Under the pieces are notes generated by a model. The model was not told the origin of the DNA and did not search any database. It saw only the letters and a program-made list of their open reading frames with translations. A stretch of DNA of 64,000 nt from Thalia democratica. Its lineage: Eukaryota. Below are positions 25,024-37,900 of this stretch, piece by piece (the first letter of the stretch is position 1; each line of letters starts with the position of its first letter). The position numbers and the translations under genes are program-made. Location: NCBI GenBank assembly GCA_965202585.1, contig OZ241832.1, forward strand, positions 52,328,001 through 52,392,000. The letters are read 5' to 3'.

Positions 25024-25189
25024 CTGCATCTCAAAACAATTTAAAAAATGCGAGTTATTTGAGCAATATACCTCACTTAGTTAGAAAAGAGGAAGTGTAA
25101 CTTGATTGTCTGATGAAACAAGTGTTAATTCATTTAAGTGTGAAGTCACCTTCTTTGTGATAATCTATCTGATTTTGAATCTATTGCCA
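25024..25189 (+). other. Exon-like unit B1 (copy at 30948)
   Basis: Branch-like ACTAAAT, pyrimidine tract and CAACAG| acceptor; shares ATGCGAGTTATTTG and AGAGGAARTGTAACTTGAT with the other B units; donor weak (GTACAG). Confidence 0.45.
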
Positions 25190-25277
25190 GTACAGACTTT
25201 GTTTAGTTAAATATATTAGAAAAATTTATTAGAATAAACTAGTGTGTAGGCATAAAGTAACACCACTGATTTGAATA

Positions 25278-25981
25278 CAGTGATTTCTCACTTATCCGGC
25301 CATTTTGGGCAAGCTTTTTTTGTAAATGAGGCCGGATTACCCTTTGGCCGGATAAAGAATAATATTGCTTTTTTCATATACCTCATATGCAGTGCATGCA
25401 ATAATACGTTTATTAAATATAAGTTAACTTAAATTAATGAATTTTTTCAACATATCAAAAATATAAAGCAGACGAAAATTAACGTAACAAAGCTTTGTAA
25501 AGTTTAAAATTAATGTAACGAAAAATAATTAGATCGTGAGTAGTTTAACTAATGCGGAGCTCTTTCTGAAAAAGAAAAAGAAGAGGCTTGTTTGTTTCTT
25601 GTTTTTAGCATAAAACTCGTAGAACTGGATAAGTTGTGAAATACTTTCAGATTTTTATTGTTTTTTGTTTCATCCGACCGATTGTGTACTAATGCTAAGA
25701 TATGTCTTGACAACATTTTTAAAAACAACCCGGTTTCATCACAATCGAAAATTGAATGTTAGGAGTAGCCCTCAGTTTGATATTTTATATTTGCATATCG
25801 CAAAAAATATAATTCAATTATCAAGTTTAATTTCTCTAAGAACTATCACATCACTATAAACTGCTTGCTTAGTTATTGAAATCAAATAAGACATGTATTT
25901 ATAATAAAACATTAGTTTAAAAAATCTTGACTTAAACCGTTCGTATGTATAAGCGAGGACCAGATAAGTGAGGAAGCACTG
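25278..25981. mobile_element. Tc1/mariner (pogo/Tigger-like) non-autonomous element, copy 1
   Basis: TA|CAGTGATTTCTCACTTATCCGG...CCAGATAAGTGAGGAAGCACTG|TA. Confidence 0.75.
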
Positions 25982-26626
25982 TAGTTTGATAAACTATAGT
26001 TTAAAGTTTACAACTTAATTGTGAACTATTAACCATAGTGAGATGTTTCGAATAATTTTACTAAATATTCTATTTAAAATTAGTGAAATTTAGTACTCAT
26101 ATATAAGTTATCTGTTTATTAAAATAGAGGTTATTCAAAATAACCTAAATATGAAACCAAAGGTCCTACGATTGTTAGATCAACCAAGATTTTATAATGT
26201 TGTATCTAAATTGTAAATTGTGAAATTCGATTCACATATTTAAATATTCTGTATCATTCAAGAAAATATTATACAGAAGTACTTAAATATGAAAATAGAA
26301 GATCATATTTTGTTACAGTAACTAATGTACATTTTCATATACACAAACACATCAAAACTAGTGATATTTGGTTCATAAATTTAAGTATTTCTGCATGATT
26401 TTGTGAAATATTTGATACAAAAATAATTCAATTTCTAAACAAAATATCATCACAAGTTGTAAAACTTCAAATAATAATACTTTTTTTTCAAAGTTTGTGA
26501 AATCCGGTTCACATTTTTAAGTTTTCTATATCATTACGTGTAAAACATATACTACAGAAATACTTGAATATAGAAACAGAACATCCTGTTTGTTGAAAAA
26601 AAACCTAACAAAACTTTTATCAACAG

Positions 26627-26800
26627 CCGCATCTCAAAACTATTGAAATATTTGTTGTTTTTGTAAAAGAATGCGAGTTATTTGCGCAAGAAAGGTCAAA
26701 GAGCTGAACAGAGGAAATGTAGCTTGATCTTCTGACGAAACCATTGTTACGTGTAGCGCGAACATACATTCATTATGTAGACTGATTCTGCTTTACACGC
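26627..26800 (+). other. Exon-like unit B2 (copies at 32499 and 37217)
   Basis: TTTTATCAACAG| acceptor; same conserved core; no donor at the homologous position. Confidence 0.45.
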
Positions 26801-27615
26801 CGAGAATGAACTTTGTTAATTTGAACAGACTGCATTAACTTATCAGAAAAATCAGTATGCAGACGTATACTAATAATGCTGTTTTGAATTATTAATATAA
26901 TAAACTATATTTCAAAGCTTTATTTTTTACTCGTGAAATATTAAGCATAAATAAGATTTGTCTTAGTTTAGTGAAATTTGGTACTCATATATTAGTTATC
27001 TGTATATTTTTGCATAATATATACAAAATAATTTAAATATGAAACCAAACATCCTACGATTATTAGAACAGCCAAAAACTTTTATAAGCTTAAGACTAAA
27101 ATTAAAACTTTGAAATTCGGCTCACACACCTAACCTTTATGTATCACTTTACAAAAACATGGTACAGAAGTACTTAAGTATGTAAATAAAAAAATCATAA
27201 ATCGTTTTATAACAAGAAATTTATGTAGAAACAGAACAAAAGAAGTGAAATTCGGTTCACATATTTTAATCTTCTGTATCATTTTATAAATATACTACAA
27301 AATTACTCAAACTTATATTCAAAAAAACTATATTCAAAAAAATAAGCAGCTAAACTCTGAAATAGTTTGTAGGGAAAATAATCATACATTTTTAAGCATC
27401 TTTATAAAAATTTCACGTCTCCCTCGTGATTCTTTAGTTATAATTCATGTAGCTGATGGTTTTTGCAATAATTTACATTAAATATTGTAACTATTTTAGA
27501 TTCTTTCATTAAAAAGAATATTTAACAGATGTTCAAAGCGGGCTCAGTAAAGATTGATTCAATTGAATAAGCTAAATTCTATTTTGTAATAATACATATA
27601 AACAGATCAAAATAA

Positions 27616-27702
27616 CTGATATTCGGTTCACATATTTAAGTCTTCTGTATCATTAAAAAAATATATGATACAGAAGTATTTAAATATGGAAATAGAAAAT
27701 CA
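27616..27702 (+). ncRNA. Best-formed representative hairpin of the array
   Basis: 5' arm CATATTTAAGTCTTCTGTATCA (27631-27652), 13-nt loop, 3' arm TGATACAGAAGTATTTAAATATG (27666-27688); lower stem TGATATTC..TTC / GAA..GAAAATCA. Confidence 0.65.
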
Positions 27703-28305
27703 TATTTTGTTACAGTAACAAATTTAAATATTACAGTTAACAAACTTAAATTAAAATATATAATATCAGATCAAAATTAGTGAAATTCGGTTCACTTATT
27801 AAAGCTTTCTGTATCATTCAAAAAATATATAATACAGAATTAATTAAATATGAAATCAAAATATCATCATAAGTTATAAAACTTCAAATACTAATAATTA
27901 TTTTTCCCAAAGTTATTGAAATCCGGTTCCCACATTTAAGTTTTCTGTATCATTATGTGTAAGGTATTTGGTACAGAAATACTTAAATATGAAAACAAAA
28001 CATCATGCTTGTTAAAAAACAACTTACTAAAACTTGAAATAAAGCAACTTTGTTTAGTCGTTTTACTTCATTTTACAAATTGTTTTTAATCTTTAAAAAC
28101 TACTTGATACTTAAAAAATGCACGTTCTGCGTAAAATTATTTTTTTATGTTTTATATATAATTATTTAGTTTCGTACAAAGTGAAATTATATTGTTGCCT
28201 GTTATGCTTTTTATTTACAAGATAAGTGAAAAAATAAGTAATAAAAATATAACTTATACAACTTTTTATGACTCGGATAAACTAAATCTAAAGTTTTATC
28301 TACAG

Positions 28306-28464
28306 CTTCTTCTCAAAATTATTGAGAAATATCTGTTTTTTGTAAAAATATGCGAGTTAGTTGTGCAATACACCTCAAATAGTGGGAAAAGAGAAAGTGT
28401 GATTTGAGTTGTAGCGCGAAAATACATTTCACATATAGACACTGGTTCTGTTTCTATCAAAAAA
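28306..28464 (+). other. Exon-like unit B3 (copies at 34172 and 38891)
   Basis: TTTTATCTACAG| acceptor and AAAA|GTAAGT donor at 28465; stops in all three frames. Confidence 0.55.
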
Positions 28465-29577
28465 GTAAGTTTAAAAAAAATATTATGGTTAGAAACTAAG
28501 CTCATTTAAATTTGTAAAAAATATGCAAGTTAGACTAAGCTCATATGATTGTGTTCATAATTGTATGTCAAGTTTTATTTATTTTTCTGTTTTTTTATAC
28601 TTAGCGCGAACAAAAATTTAATTTACAAACTGATTTTTCTTTAACCACCAATTATTAACTTTGTAAATTTAAATATACTGGATAAAGTTCCAAAAATCAG
28701 TTAGTAGGCATAAACTAATACTATTATTGGGAACTATTAATATAAAAAACTCTAATTTGAAGCTTCCAACTGCTTTGTAAACTATTAAACATAAATAAGA
28801 TGCTGTATTTAACTTTGCTTTAATTTCAAATAGTGTTGTTTATATTATTTGTATATTTTTACACTGTTCATACAAAACAACTAAAATATGAAACCAAAGA
28901 TCTTACGACCAACCAAGATTCTTTATAAAGTTTTGACTAAATTGAACGTTGTGATGTTCGGCTCACATATTCAAGTCATCTGTATCATTCAAAAATATAT
29001 GGTACATAATTACTTGAATATGCAAACAGTAACAAATATACATTTTCAAATTTAAATAACCAGACCAAAATTAGTGATATTCGGTTCACACATTCAAGTT
29101 TTCTGTATCACGTTATGAAATATATGATACAGAAATACTTAAATATGTAAACAAAATATCATCAAGAATTGTAAAACTTCAAATATTAGTGAGTTATTCT
29201 TTTCCAAAACTAGTGAAATCCAGTTTTCATATTTAAGTTTTCTGTATCATTATGTATAAGGTATATGTTACAGAAATACTTAAATATGGAAACAAAACAT
29301 CATGCTTGTAAAAAAATCTTACTAAAACTTAAATAAACAACTTTAACCATTTTACTTTATTTAAAATTTTTTTTTATCTTTTAAAATCTACTTGACAGCT
29401 AAAAATGCACGTTCATCGTGAAATTAACTTTGTTTTAGTTTAATACAAACTGAAATGAAACGGTTGCTTAAATTTTTTTTTTTTTATATAAAATAAGTGA
29501 GAGAATGAGTAGTAAAAAGTTTGCAGAACTCACTTATTTTTTGCCTGGACAAACTAAATTTGAACTTTTATCAACAG

Positions 29578-29760
29578 CTGCATCTCAAAACTATTGAGAA
29601 ATTTTGTTTTTTGTAGTAGAATGCGAGTTATTTGCGTCATTCTACTTAAAAGCGTGAGAGCAGAGGAAATGTAATTTGATCCTGTGATGAAATCAGTCTT
29701 ACATTGACTGTGTGGCGCGAGCGTTCTTTACGATAGACTGATTCTGTCTTATGCGCATAA
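29578..29760 (+). other. Exon-like unit B4 (copies at 35446 and 40168)
   Basis: ACTAAAT...TTTTATCAACAG| acceptor and ATAA|GTATGA donor at 29761; no conserved ORF. Confidence 0.55.
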
Positions 29761-31201
29761 GTATGAATTTTGTGAAAATATGTTCTATCCATTTCAATAA
29801 ACTTTTAATATCAATGATCTAATTTTTACAACAACCAGTGTTTTAGTATTTAAAGTTTAACAAGTATGTTTGACACTATTACATGTACTAATTAACTTGA
29901 TAAAACTAAGACATATATATAAATATGTTTAACTGTATTTAGCAGGGGCGTGGTTTGACTGGTTTCCTGTTTCCTGTGAAACCCCGGAAAAAAAAGAAAG
30001 AAAAAGGAAAAAAAGATTCTTAGAATATCAATTAAAACGTTGTTTATTGACTTTTTTTTGGTTGTTTGATTAACTTTGAATAATGAATGTTGAATTTATA
30101 GCACTGAAAGATTATAAGTTTCCTTAACAAAAAATGCTCGTTTTAGCCCAGCTGAAATAGATTTTAAATAAAGTTTTAATTGTGACGTCATAATAGGTAA
30201 AATTTTTAAGGTTGCATATCTTTTTTCTGGGAACCATTTTACTAAGATGCTTTAAGTTCCCATTATAAATTGTTGCTTAGTGTAAATAACTTTTGATTGA
30301 GTATTGTTTTGAACTTATAAGTAAAATTTTACTTAAAAGATGTCCAATATAATCACTAAAGTTTTATTTTACTTAATTGATTGTTTATGATAATGTTGTG
30401 TGAAACTTTTGTACCTTAACATTTATATTTTTGTTTATGTGTCAACCAACTGGGTTTAAACCTTGAAAAGTTCAATTTTGAGAGTTTTCAAAATTATCTT
30501 TAGACCACTACACCACCTGGTAATTTATTCTTTTATCATTTACTGGTATTTTAATATTTTTATATTAGCTGTTTTATTTTTGTATATCTGTTGGCCACAA
30601 ATTTTGTTCTTGATTTTTTGAAATTTCTAACTACGAGATATTTCAAAATTATCATTAGAAATCCTGCACCATCAGGCAAAAAATTAATTATAATGTAAAG
30701 ATATTTTAATTTAATTGTATAATTTTACTATCGTTGTCAAACTGTTTTTTACCTGTGAAAAACTACTTGATGGCTAAAAATGCATATTTAGCTTAAATTA
30801 ACTTTCATATAGTTTCGTGCAAACTGAAATGAAGTTGTTGCTGTAATTATTTTTTTGTACATAAGTAAGTGAAAGAATAAATAGTAGAAAGTTAACTGAA
30901 TTTACTTTTTTTGCCTGGACGAACTAAATCTGAGCTTTTATCAACAGCTGCATCTCAAAACAATTTAAAAAATGCGAGTTATTTGAGCAATATACCTCAC
31001 TTAGTTAGAAAAGAGGAAGTGTAACTTGATTGTCTGATGAAACAAGTGTTAATTCATTTAAGTGTGAAGTCACCTTCTTTGTGATAATCTATCTGATTTT
31101 GAATCTATTGCCAGTACAGACTTTGTTTAGTTAAATATATTAGAAAAATTTATTAGAATAAACTAGTGTGTAGGCACAAAGTAACACTACTGATTTTAAT
31201 A

Positions 31202-31904
31202 CAGTAATTTCTCACTTATCTGGCCATTTTGGGCAAGCATTCTTTGTAAATGAGGCCGAATTAGCCTTTGGCCGGATAAAAAAAATATTGCTTTTTTCAT
31301 TTACCTCATATGCAGTGCGTGCAATAATACGTACACTTGAATATATGTTAATTTGAATTATTAAATTTTTTTAAACATACCAAAACATTAAAGCAGACGA
31401 AAATAAACGTAGCAAAGCTTTGTAAAGTTTAAAATTAACGTAACAAAAAATAATTAGATCGTGAGTAGTTTAACTAATATCGGAGCTCTTTCTGAAAAGA
31501 AAAAGAAGAGGCTTGTTTGTTTCTTGTTTTTAGCACAAAAGTCGTAGAACTGGATAAGTTGTGAAACACTTTCTGGTTTTTATTGTTTTTTGTTTCATCC
31601 GACCGATTGTGTACTAATGCTAAGGTATGTCTTGGCAACGTTCTTAAAAAAAACCGGTTTCATCACAATCACAAATTGAATGTTAGGAGTAGCCCTCAGT
31701 TTGATATTTTATAATTTCATATCGAAAAAAAAAATTCAATTATCAAATTTAATTTCTCTAAGAACTATCACATCACAATGAACTGCTTGCTTAGTTATTG
31801 AAATCAAATTAGACATGTATTTATAATAAAAAATTAGTTTAAAAAAAATCTTCTTGACTTAAACCGTCCGTATAAGCGAGGACCAGATAAGTGAGGAAGC
31901 ACTG
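31202..31904. mobile_element. Tc1/mariner (pogo/Tigger-like) non-autonomous element, copy 2 (duplicated with the array)
   Basis: Same TIRs and TA flanks, at the homologous position in unit 2. Confidence 0.75.
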
Positions 31905-34900
31905 TATAATAAACTATAGTTTGAAGCTTACAACTTACTTGTGAACTATTAACCATAGTGAGATGTTTCGAATAATTTAATAAATATTCTATTTAAAATT
32001 AGTGAAATTTGGTACTCATATATAAGTTATCTGTTTATTACAATATAAGTTATTCAAAATAACCTAAATATGAAACCAAAGATCCTACGATTGTTAGATC
32101 AACCAATATTGTACAATATTGTATCTAAATTGTAAATTGTAAAATCCGGTTCACACATTTAAGTTTTCTATATCTTTACGTGTAAAATATATGCTAGAGA
32201 AATACTTGAATATGGAAACAAAACATCATGTTTATAAAAAACAACTTACTAAAACTTTAAATAAAGCAATTTAATTAGTTGCTTTACTGTATTTAATCCT
32301 TAAAAAACTACCTGACAGCTAAAAACGCACATTTAGCGTAATATTAGCTTTTATGTAGTTTCATACAAACTGAAATGATATTGTTGCAGGAATCAATTTT
32401 TTGTACAAAAATAAGTGAGAGAATAAGCAGTAAAAAAATATTCGAACTCACTTTATTTTTACCTTGACGAACTAAATCTGAACTTTTATCAACACCAGCA
32501 TCTCAAAACTATTGAGAAAATTTGTTGTTTGTGTAAAAGAATGCGAGTTATTTGCGCAAGAAAGGTCAAAGAGCTGAACAGAGGAAATGTAGCTTGATCG
32601 TCTGACGAAACCATTGTTACGTGTAGCGCGAACATACATTCATTGTGTAGACTCATTCTGCTTTACACGCCGAGAATGAACTTTGTTAGTTTGAACAGAC
32701 TTTGTTTAATTTATCAGAAAATTCAGTATGTAGACGTATACTAATACTGCTGTTTAGAATTATTAATATAATAAACTATACTTCGAAGCTTTATTTTTAC
32801 TCGTAAAATATTAAGCATAAATAAGATTTGTCTTAGTTTAGTGAAATTCGGTACTCATGTTTTAGTTATCTGTATATTTTTGCATAAGATATACAAAATA
32901 ACTTAAATATGAAACCAAAGATCCTACGATTATTAGAACAGCCAAAAACTTTTATAAGCTTAAAACTAAAATGAAAATTGTGAAATTCGGCCCACACACT
33001 TAACCTATATGTATAATTTTACAAAAACATGGTACAGATGTACTTAAGTATGTAAATAAAAAATCATAAATCTTTTTATAACAACAAATTTATGTAGAAT
33101 CAGAACAAAAGAAGTGAAATTCGGCTCACATGTTTTAATGTTCAGTATCATTTCAGAAATATACTACAAAATTACTCAAACTTATAATCAAAAAAATTAT
33201 ATTCAGAATAATAAGCAGCTAAACTCTGAAATAGTTTGTAGGGAAAAAAATCATACATTTTTCAGCATCATTATAAAAAATTCACATCTTCTCGTGCTTC
33301 TTTAGTTATAATTCATGTAGCTGATGGTTTTTTGCAGTAATTTACATTAAAATATTGTAACTTTTTTAGATTCTTTCATTAAAAAGAATATTTAACAGAT
33401 GCTCAAAGCGGGCTCAGTAAAGATTGATTCAATTGAATAAGCTAAATTCTATTTAGTAATATTACATAAAAACAGATCAAAATAACTGATATTCGGTTCA
33501 CATATTTAAGTCTTCTGTATCATTAAAAAAATGTATGATAGAGAAGTATTTAAATATGGAAATAGAAAATCACATTTTGTTACAGTAACAAATTTAAATG
33601 TTACAGTTAACAAACTTAAATCAAAATATATATTACCAGATCAAAATTAGTGAAATTCGGTTCACTTATTAAAGCTTTCTGTATCATTCAAAAAATATAT
33701 AATACATAATAACTTAAATTTGAAAACAAAATATCATCATAAGTTGTAAAACTTAAAATACTAATGAATTTTTTTTCCAACTAGTGAAATCCGGTTACCA
33801 CATTTAAGTTTTCTGTATCATTTTTCTAAGACATATGGTACAGAAATACTTGAATATGAAAACAAAACATCATGTTTGTAAAAAACAACTTACTAAACAT
33901 TGAAATAAAGCAAATTTGTTAAGTCGTTTTACTTCATTTAACAAATTGTTTTTTATCTTTAAAAACTACTTGATATTTAAAAAATGCACATCTGCGTAAA
34001 ATTAATTTTTTATGTTTTATATATAATTATTTAGTTTCGTACAAAGTGAAATGATATTGTTGCCTGAATTGTTTTTTATTTACAAAATAAGTGAAAATAT
34101 AAGTAATAAAAATTTAACTTAAACAACTTTTTTTTTACTCGGCTAAACTAGATCTGAACTTTTATCTACAGCTCCTTCTCAAAATTGTTAAAAATATCTG
34201 TTTTTTGTAAAAATATGCGAGTTAGTTGTGCAATACACCTCAAATAGTGGGAAAAGAGAAAGTGTGGTTTGAGTTGTAGCGCGAAAATACATTTCACATA
34301 TAGACTGGTTCTGGTTCAATCAAAAAAGTAAGGAGTTTTGGAAAAAAAAATTTGGTTAGAAACTAAGTTCACACTGATTGTGTTCATAATTGTATGTCAA
34401 GTTTTATTCATTTTTCTGTTTTTTTATACTTAGCGCGAACAAAAATTTAACTTACAAACTGATTCTTCTTTAACCACCAATTGTTAACTTTGTAAATTTA
34501 AATATACCGTATTTAGTTCATAAAATCAGTGTGTAGGAATAAACTAATACTTTTTTTGGGAACTATTAATATTAAAAAAAACTGTAATTTGAAGCTTCCA
34601 ACTGCTTAGTAAACTATTAAACATAAATAAGATGCTGTATATAATTTTACTTTAATTTCAAATGTTGATAATTAGATTATTTGTATATTTTTCCACTGTT
34701 TATACAAAAATAAATAAAATGTGAAACCAAAGATCCTACGATTGTTAGACCAACCAAGAATTTTTATAAAGTTTTGACTAAATTGAATGTTGTGATGTTT
34801 GGCTCACATATTCAAGTCTTCTGTATCATTAAAAAAATATATGGTACATAATTACTTGAATATGTAAATAGAAAACCATATTTTGTAACAGTAACAAATA

Positions 34901-37900
34901 TACATTTTCATATTTAAATAACCAGACCAAAATTAGTGATATTCGGTTCACACATTCAAGTTTTCTGTATCACGTTATGAATTATATGATACATAAATAC
35001 TTAAATATGTAAACAAAATATCATCAAGAATTGTAAAACTTCAAATATTAGTGAGTTATTCTTTTCCAAAATTAGTGAATTCCGGTTCCCATATTAAAGT
35101 TTTCTGTATCATTATGTGTAAGTTATATATTACAGAAATACTTAAATATGGAAACAAAACATCATGCTTGTAAAAAAATCTAACTAAAACTTGAAATAAA
35201 ACAACTTTGTTTAGTCATTTTACTTTATTTTTCAAATTAGTTTTTAACTTTAAAATTCTACTTGACAGCTAAAAATGCACGTTCAGTGTAAAATTAACTT
35301 TGTTTTAGTTTAATACAAACTGAAATGAAACGGTTGCTTAAAATGTTTTTTTAATATAAAATAAGTGAGAGAATGAGTAGTAAAAAGTTAACAGAACTCA
35401 CTTATTTTTTGCCTGGACAAACTAAATTTGAACTTTTATCAACAGCTGCATCTCAAAACTGTTGCGAAACTTTGTTTTTTGTAATAGAATGCGAGTTATT
35501 TGCGTCATTCTACTTAAAAGCGTGAGAGCAGAGGAAATGTAATTTGATCCTGTGATGAAATCAGTCTTACATTGACTGTGTGACGCGGGCGTTTTTTACG
35601 ATAGACTGATTCTGTCTTATGCGCATAAGTATGATTTTTGTGAAAATATGTCCCTATCCATTTCAATAAACTTTTAATATCGATGATCTAATTTTTACAA
35701 CAACCAGAGTTTTAGTATTTAAAATTTAACAAGTATGTTTGACACTATTACATGTTAACCACTTTTTGAGTCAGAAAATAAGCCTGAGTGACTAAAGACT
35801 AGACTTAGTACACAAGCTAATCTTAAGGAGTGGTATATATAAGCAAAAAACTAATTTAAATTACAATGAAAATTAGACATTTATAGATCTTGAATTATTT
35901 AAATATTAACAATTAATTACTAATTAAAAAATTTCAAGTAAAGCAACAGTTGAAGATTTTTAAAAGATATCAAAATAAACCCAATATTTTTAATGAAATT
36001 ATAACTAGTCTCAGTCAAGCCGAGTTTTTGTAAATATATTAAAACTAGCCTCAGTTGGTCTAGGTTTTTCATGATTTAAAACTAGACTTAATTATTCTTA
36101 GAGAGCTATGTATGTGACAGCCCTGACATTATTGACCCTTCCTATACTTTAATTTTATTTTAAGTAAAACATATATGATTTTTTTCGGCCTAACTAATTT
36201 TTTGTCAAATATCAGTTGATTAAGCTGATTAATATAGTGATTTTTAAATGTAGCAAAACGATTTTAAACAATAAAAGTTAATAAAATTAAACATTAATAG
36301 AACAGTTTTATTTTGTTTTAAGAATCTATGAGATTTGCTCACTTCGCTTTTTTTTTTGGGCAGCTAAGGGTGGAAGAATTTTTACATAAGGTAACAGAAT
36401 AGAACTAGGAGAGTACAAAAATTGTCGTTTTATTAACAACTTATTATTTTTATCTGTTTATTAAAATATAAGTTATTCAAAATAATCTAAATATGAAACC
36501 AAAGTTCCTACGATTGTTAGATATTTTTATACTTTTAATTATAAACCAAGATTTTATAATGTAGTATCTAAATTGTAAATTGTGAAATTCAATTCACATA
36601 TTTAAGTATTCTGTATCATTCAAGAAAATATTTACAGAAGTACTTAAATATGAAAATAGAAGATCATATTTTGTTACAGTAACAAATGTACATTTTCATA
36701 TACCTAAACAGATCAAAATTAGTGATATTCGGATCATAAATTTAAGTATTTCTGCATCGTTTTGTGAAATATTTGATACAAAAATACTTGAATATGTAAA
36801 CAAAATATCATCATTAGTTGTAAAACTTCAAATATTAATACCTTTTTTTTTAAGTTTGCGAAACCCGGTTCACATATTTAAGTTTTCTATATCATTATGT
36901 GTAAAATATATGCTACAGAAATAGTTGAATATGGAAACAAAACATCATGTTTGTTAAAAAAAAAACTTACTAAAACTCGAAATAAAGCAATTTTATTTAG
37001 TAGCTTTACTGTATTTAATCCTTAAAAAACTACTTGACAGCTAAAAATACACATTTAGCGTAAAATTAGCTTTCATTTAGTTTCATACAAACTGAAATGA
37101 TATTGTTGCTGGAATTAATTTTTGTACAAAAATATGTGGGAGAATAAGTAGTAAAAAGTTATTCGAACTCACTTTTTTGCTGCCTGGACAAACTAAATCT
37201 GAACTTTTATCAACAGCCGCATCTCAAAACTATTGATAAATTTGTTGTTTGTGTAAAAGAATGCGAGTTATTTGCACAAGAAAGCTCAAAGAGCTGAACA
37301 GAGGAAATGTAACTTGATCGTCTGACGAAACCATTGTTACGTGTAGCGCGAACATACATTCATTATGTAGACTGATTCTGCTTTACACGCCGAGAATGAA
37401 CTTTGTTAGTTTGAACAGACTGCATTAACTTATCAGCAAATTCAGTTTGAAGACGTATACTAATGCTAATGTTTTGAATTATTATCAGAATAAACTATAC
37501 TTCGAAGCTTTATCTTTTACTCGTAAAATATTAAGCATAAATAAGATTTGTCTTAGTTTAGTGAAATTTGGTACTCATATATTAGTTATCTGTATATTTT
37601 TGCATAAGATATACAAAATAACTTAAATATGAAACCAAAGATCCTACGATTATTAGAACAGCCAAAAACTTTTATAAGCTTAAAACTAAAATTAAAATTG
37701 TGAAATTCGGCTCACACACTTAACCTTTATGTATAATTTTACAAAAACATGGTACAGAAGTACTTAAGTATGTAAATAAAAAAATCATAAATCGTTTTAT
37801 AACAACAAATTTATGTAGAATCAGAACAAAAGTAGTAAAAATCGGCTCACATGTTTTAATCTTCTGTATCATTTTAGAAATATACTACAAAATTACTCAA

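Noticed and set aside
25100-25125. Hammerhead ribozyme in B units (CTGATGAAAC / CTGACGAAAC)
   Set aside because: CTGANGA runs straight into AAC with no stem II and no separate GAAA, so the core cannot form.
29578-29760. B units as coding exons with TGA read as Trp, Cys or Sec
   Set aside because: The conserved AGAGGAAATGTAACTTGA block falls in different frames in B1/B3, B2 and B4; TAA/TAG stops also occur; and CHMP6 uses TGA as a normal stop.
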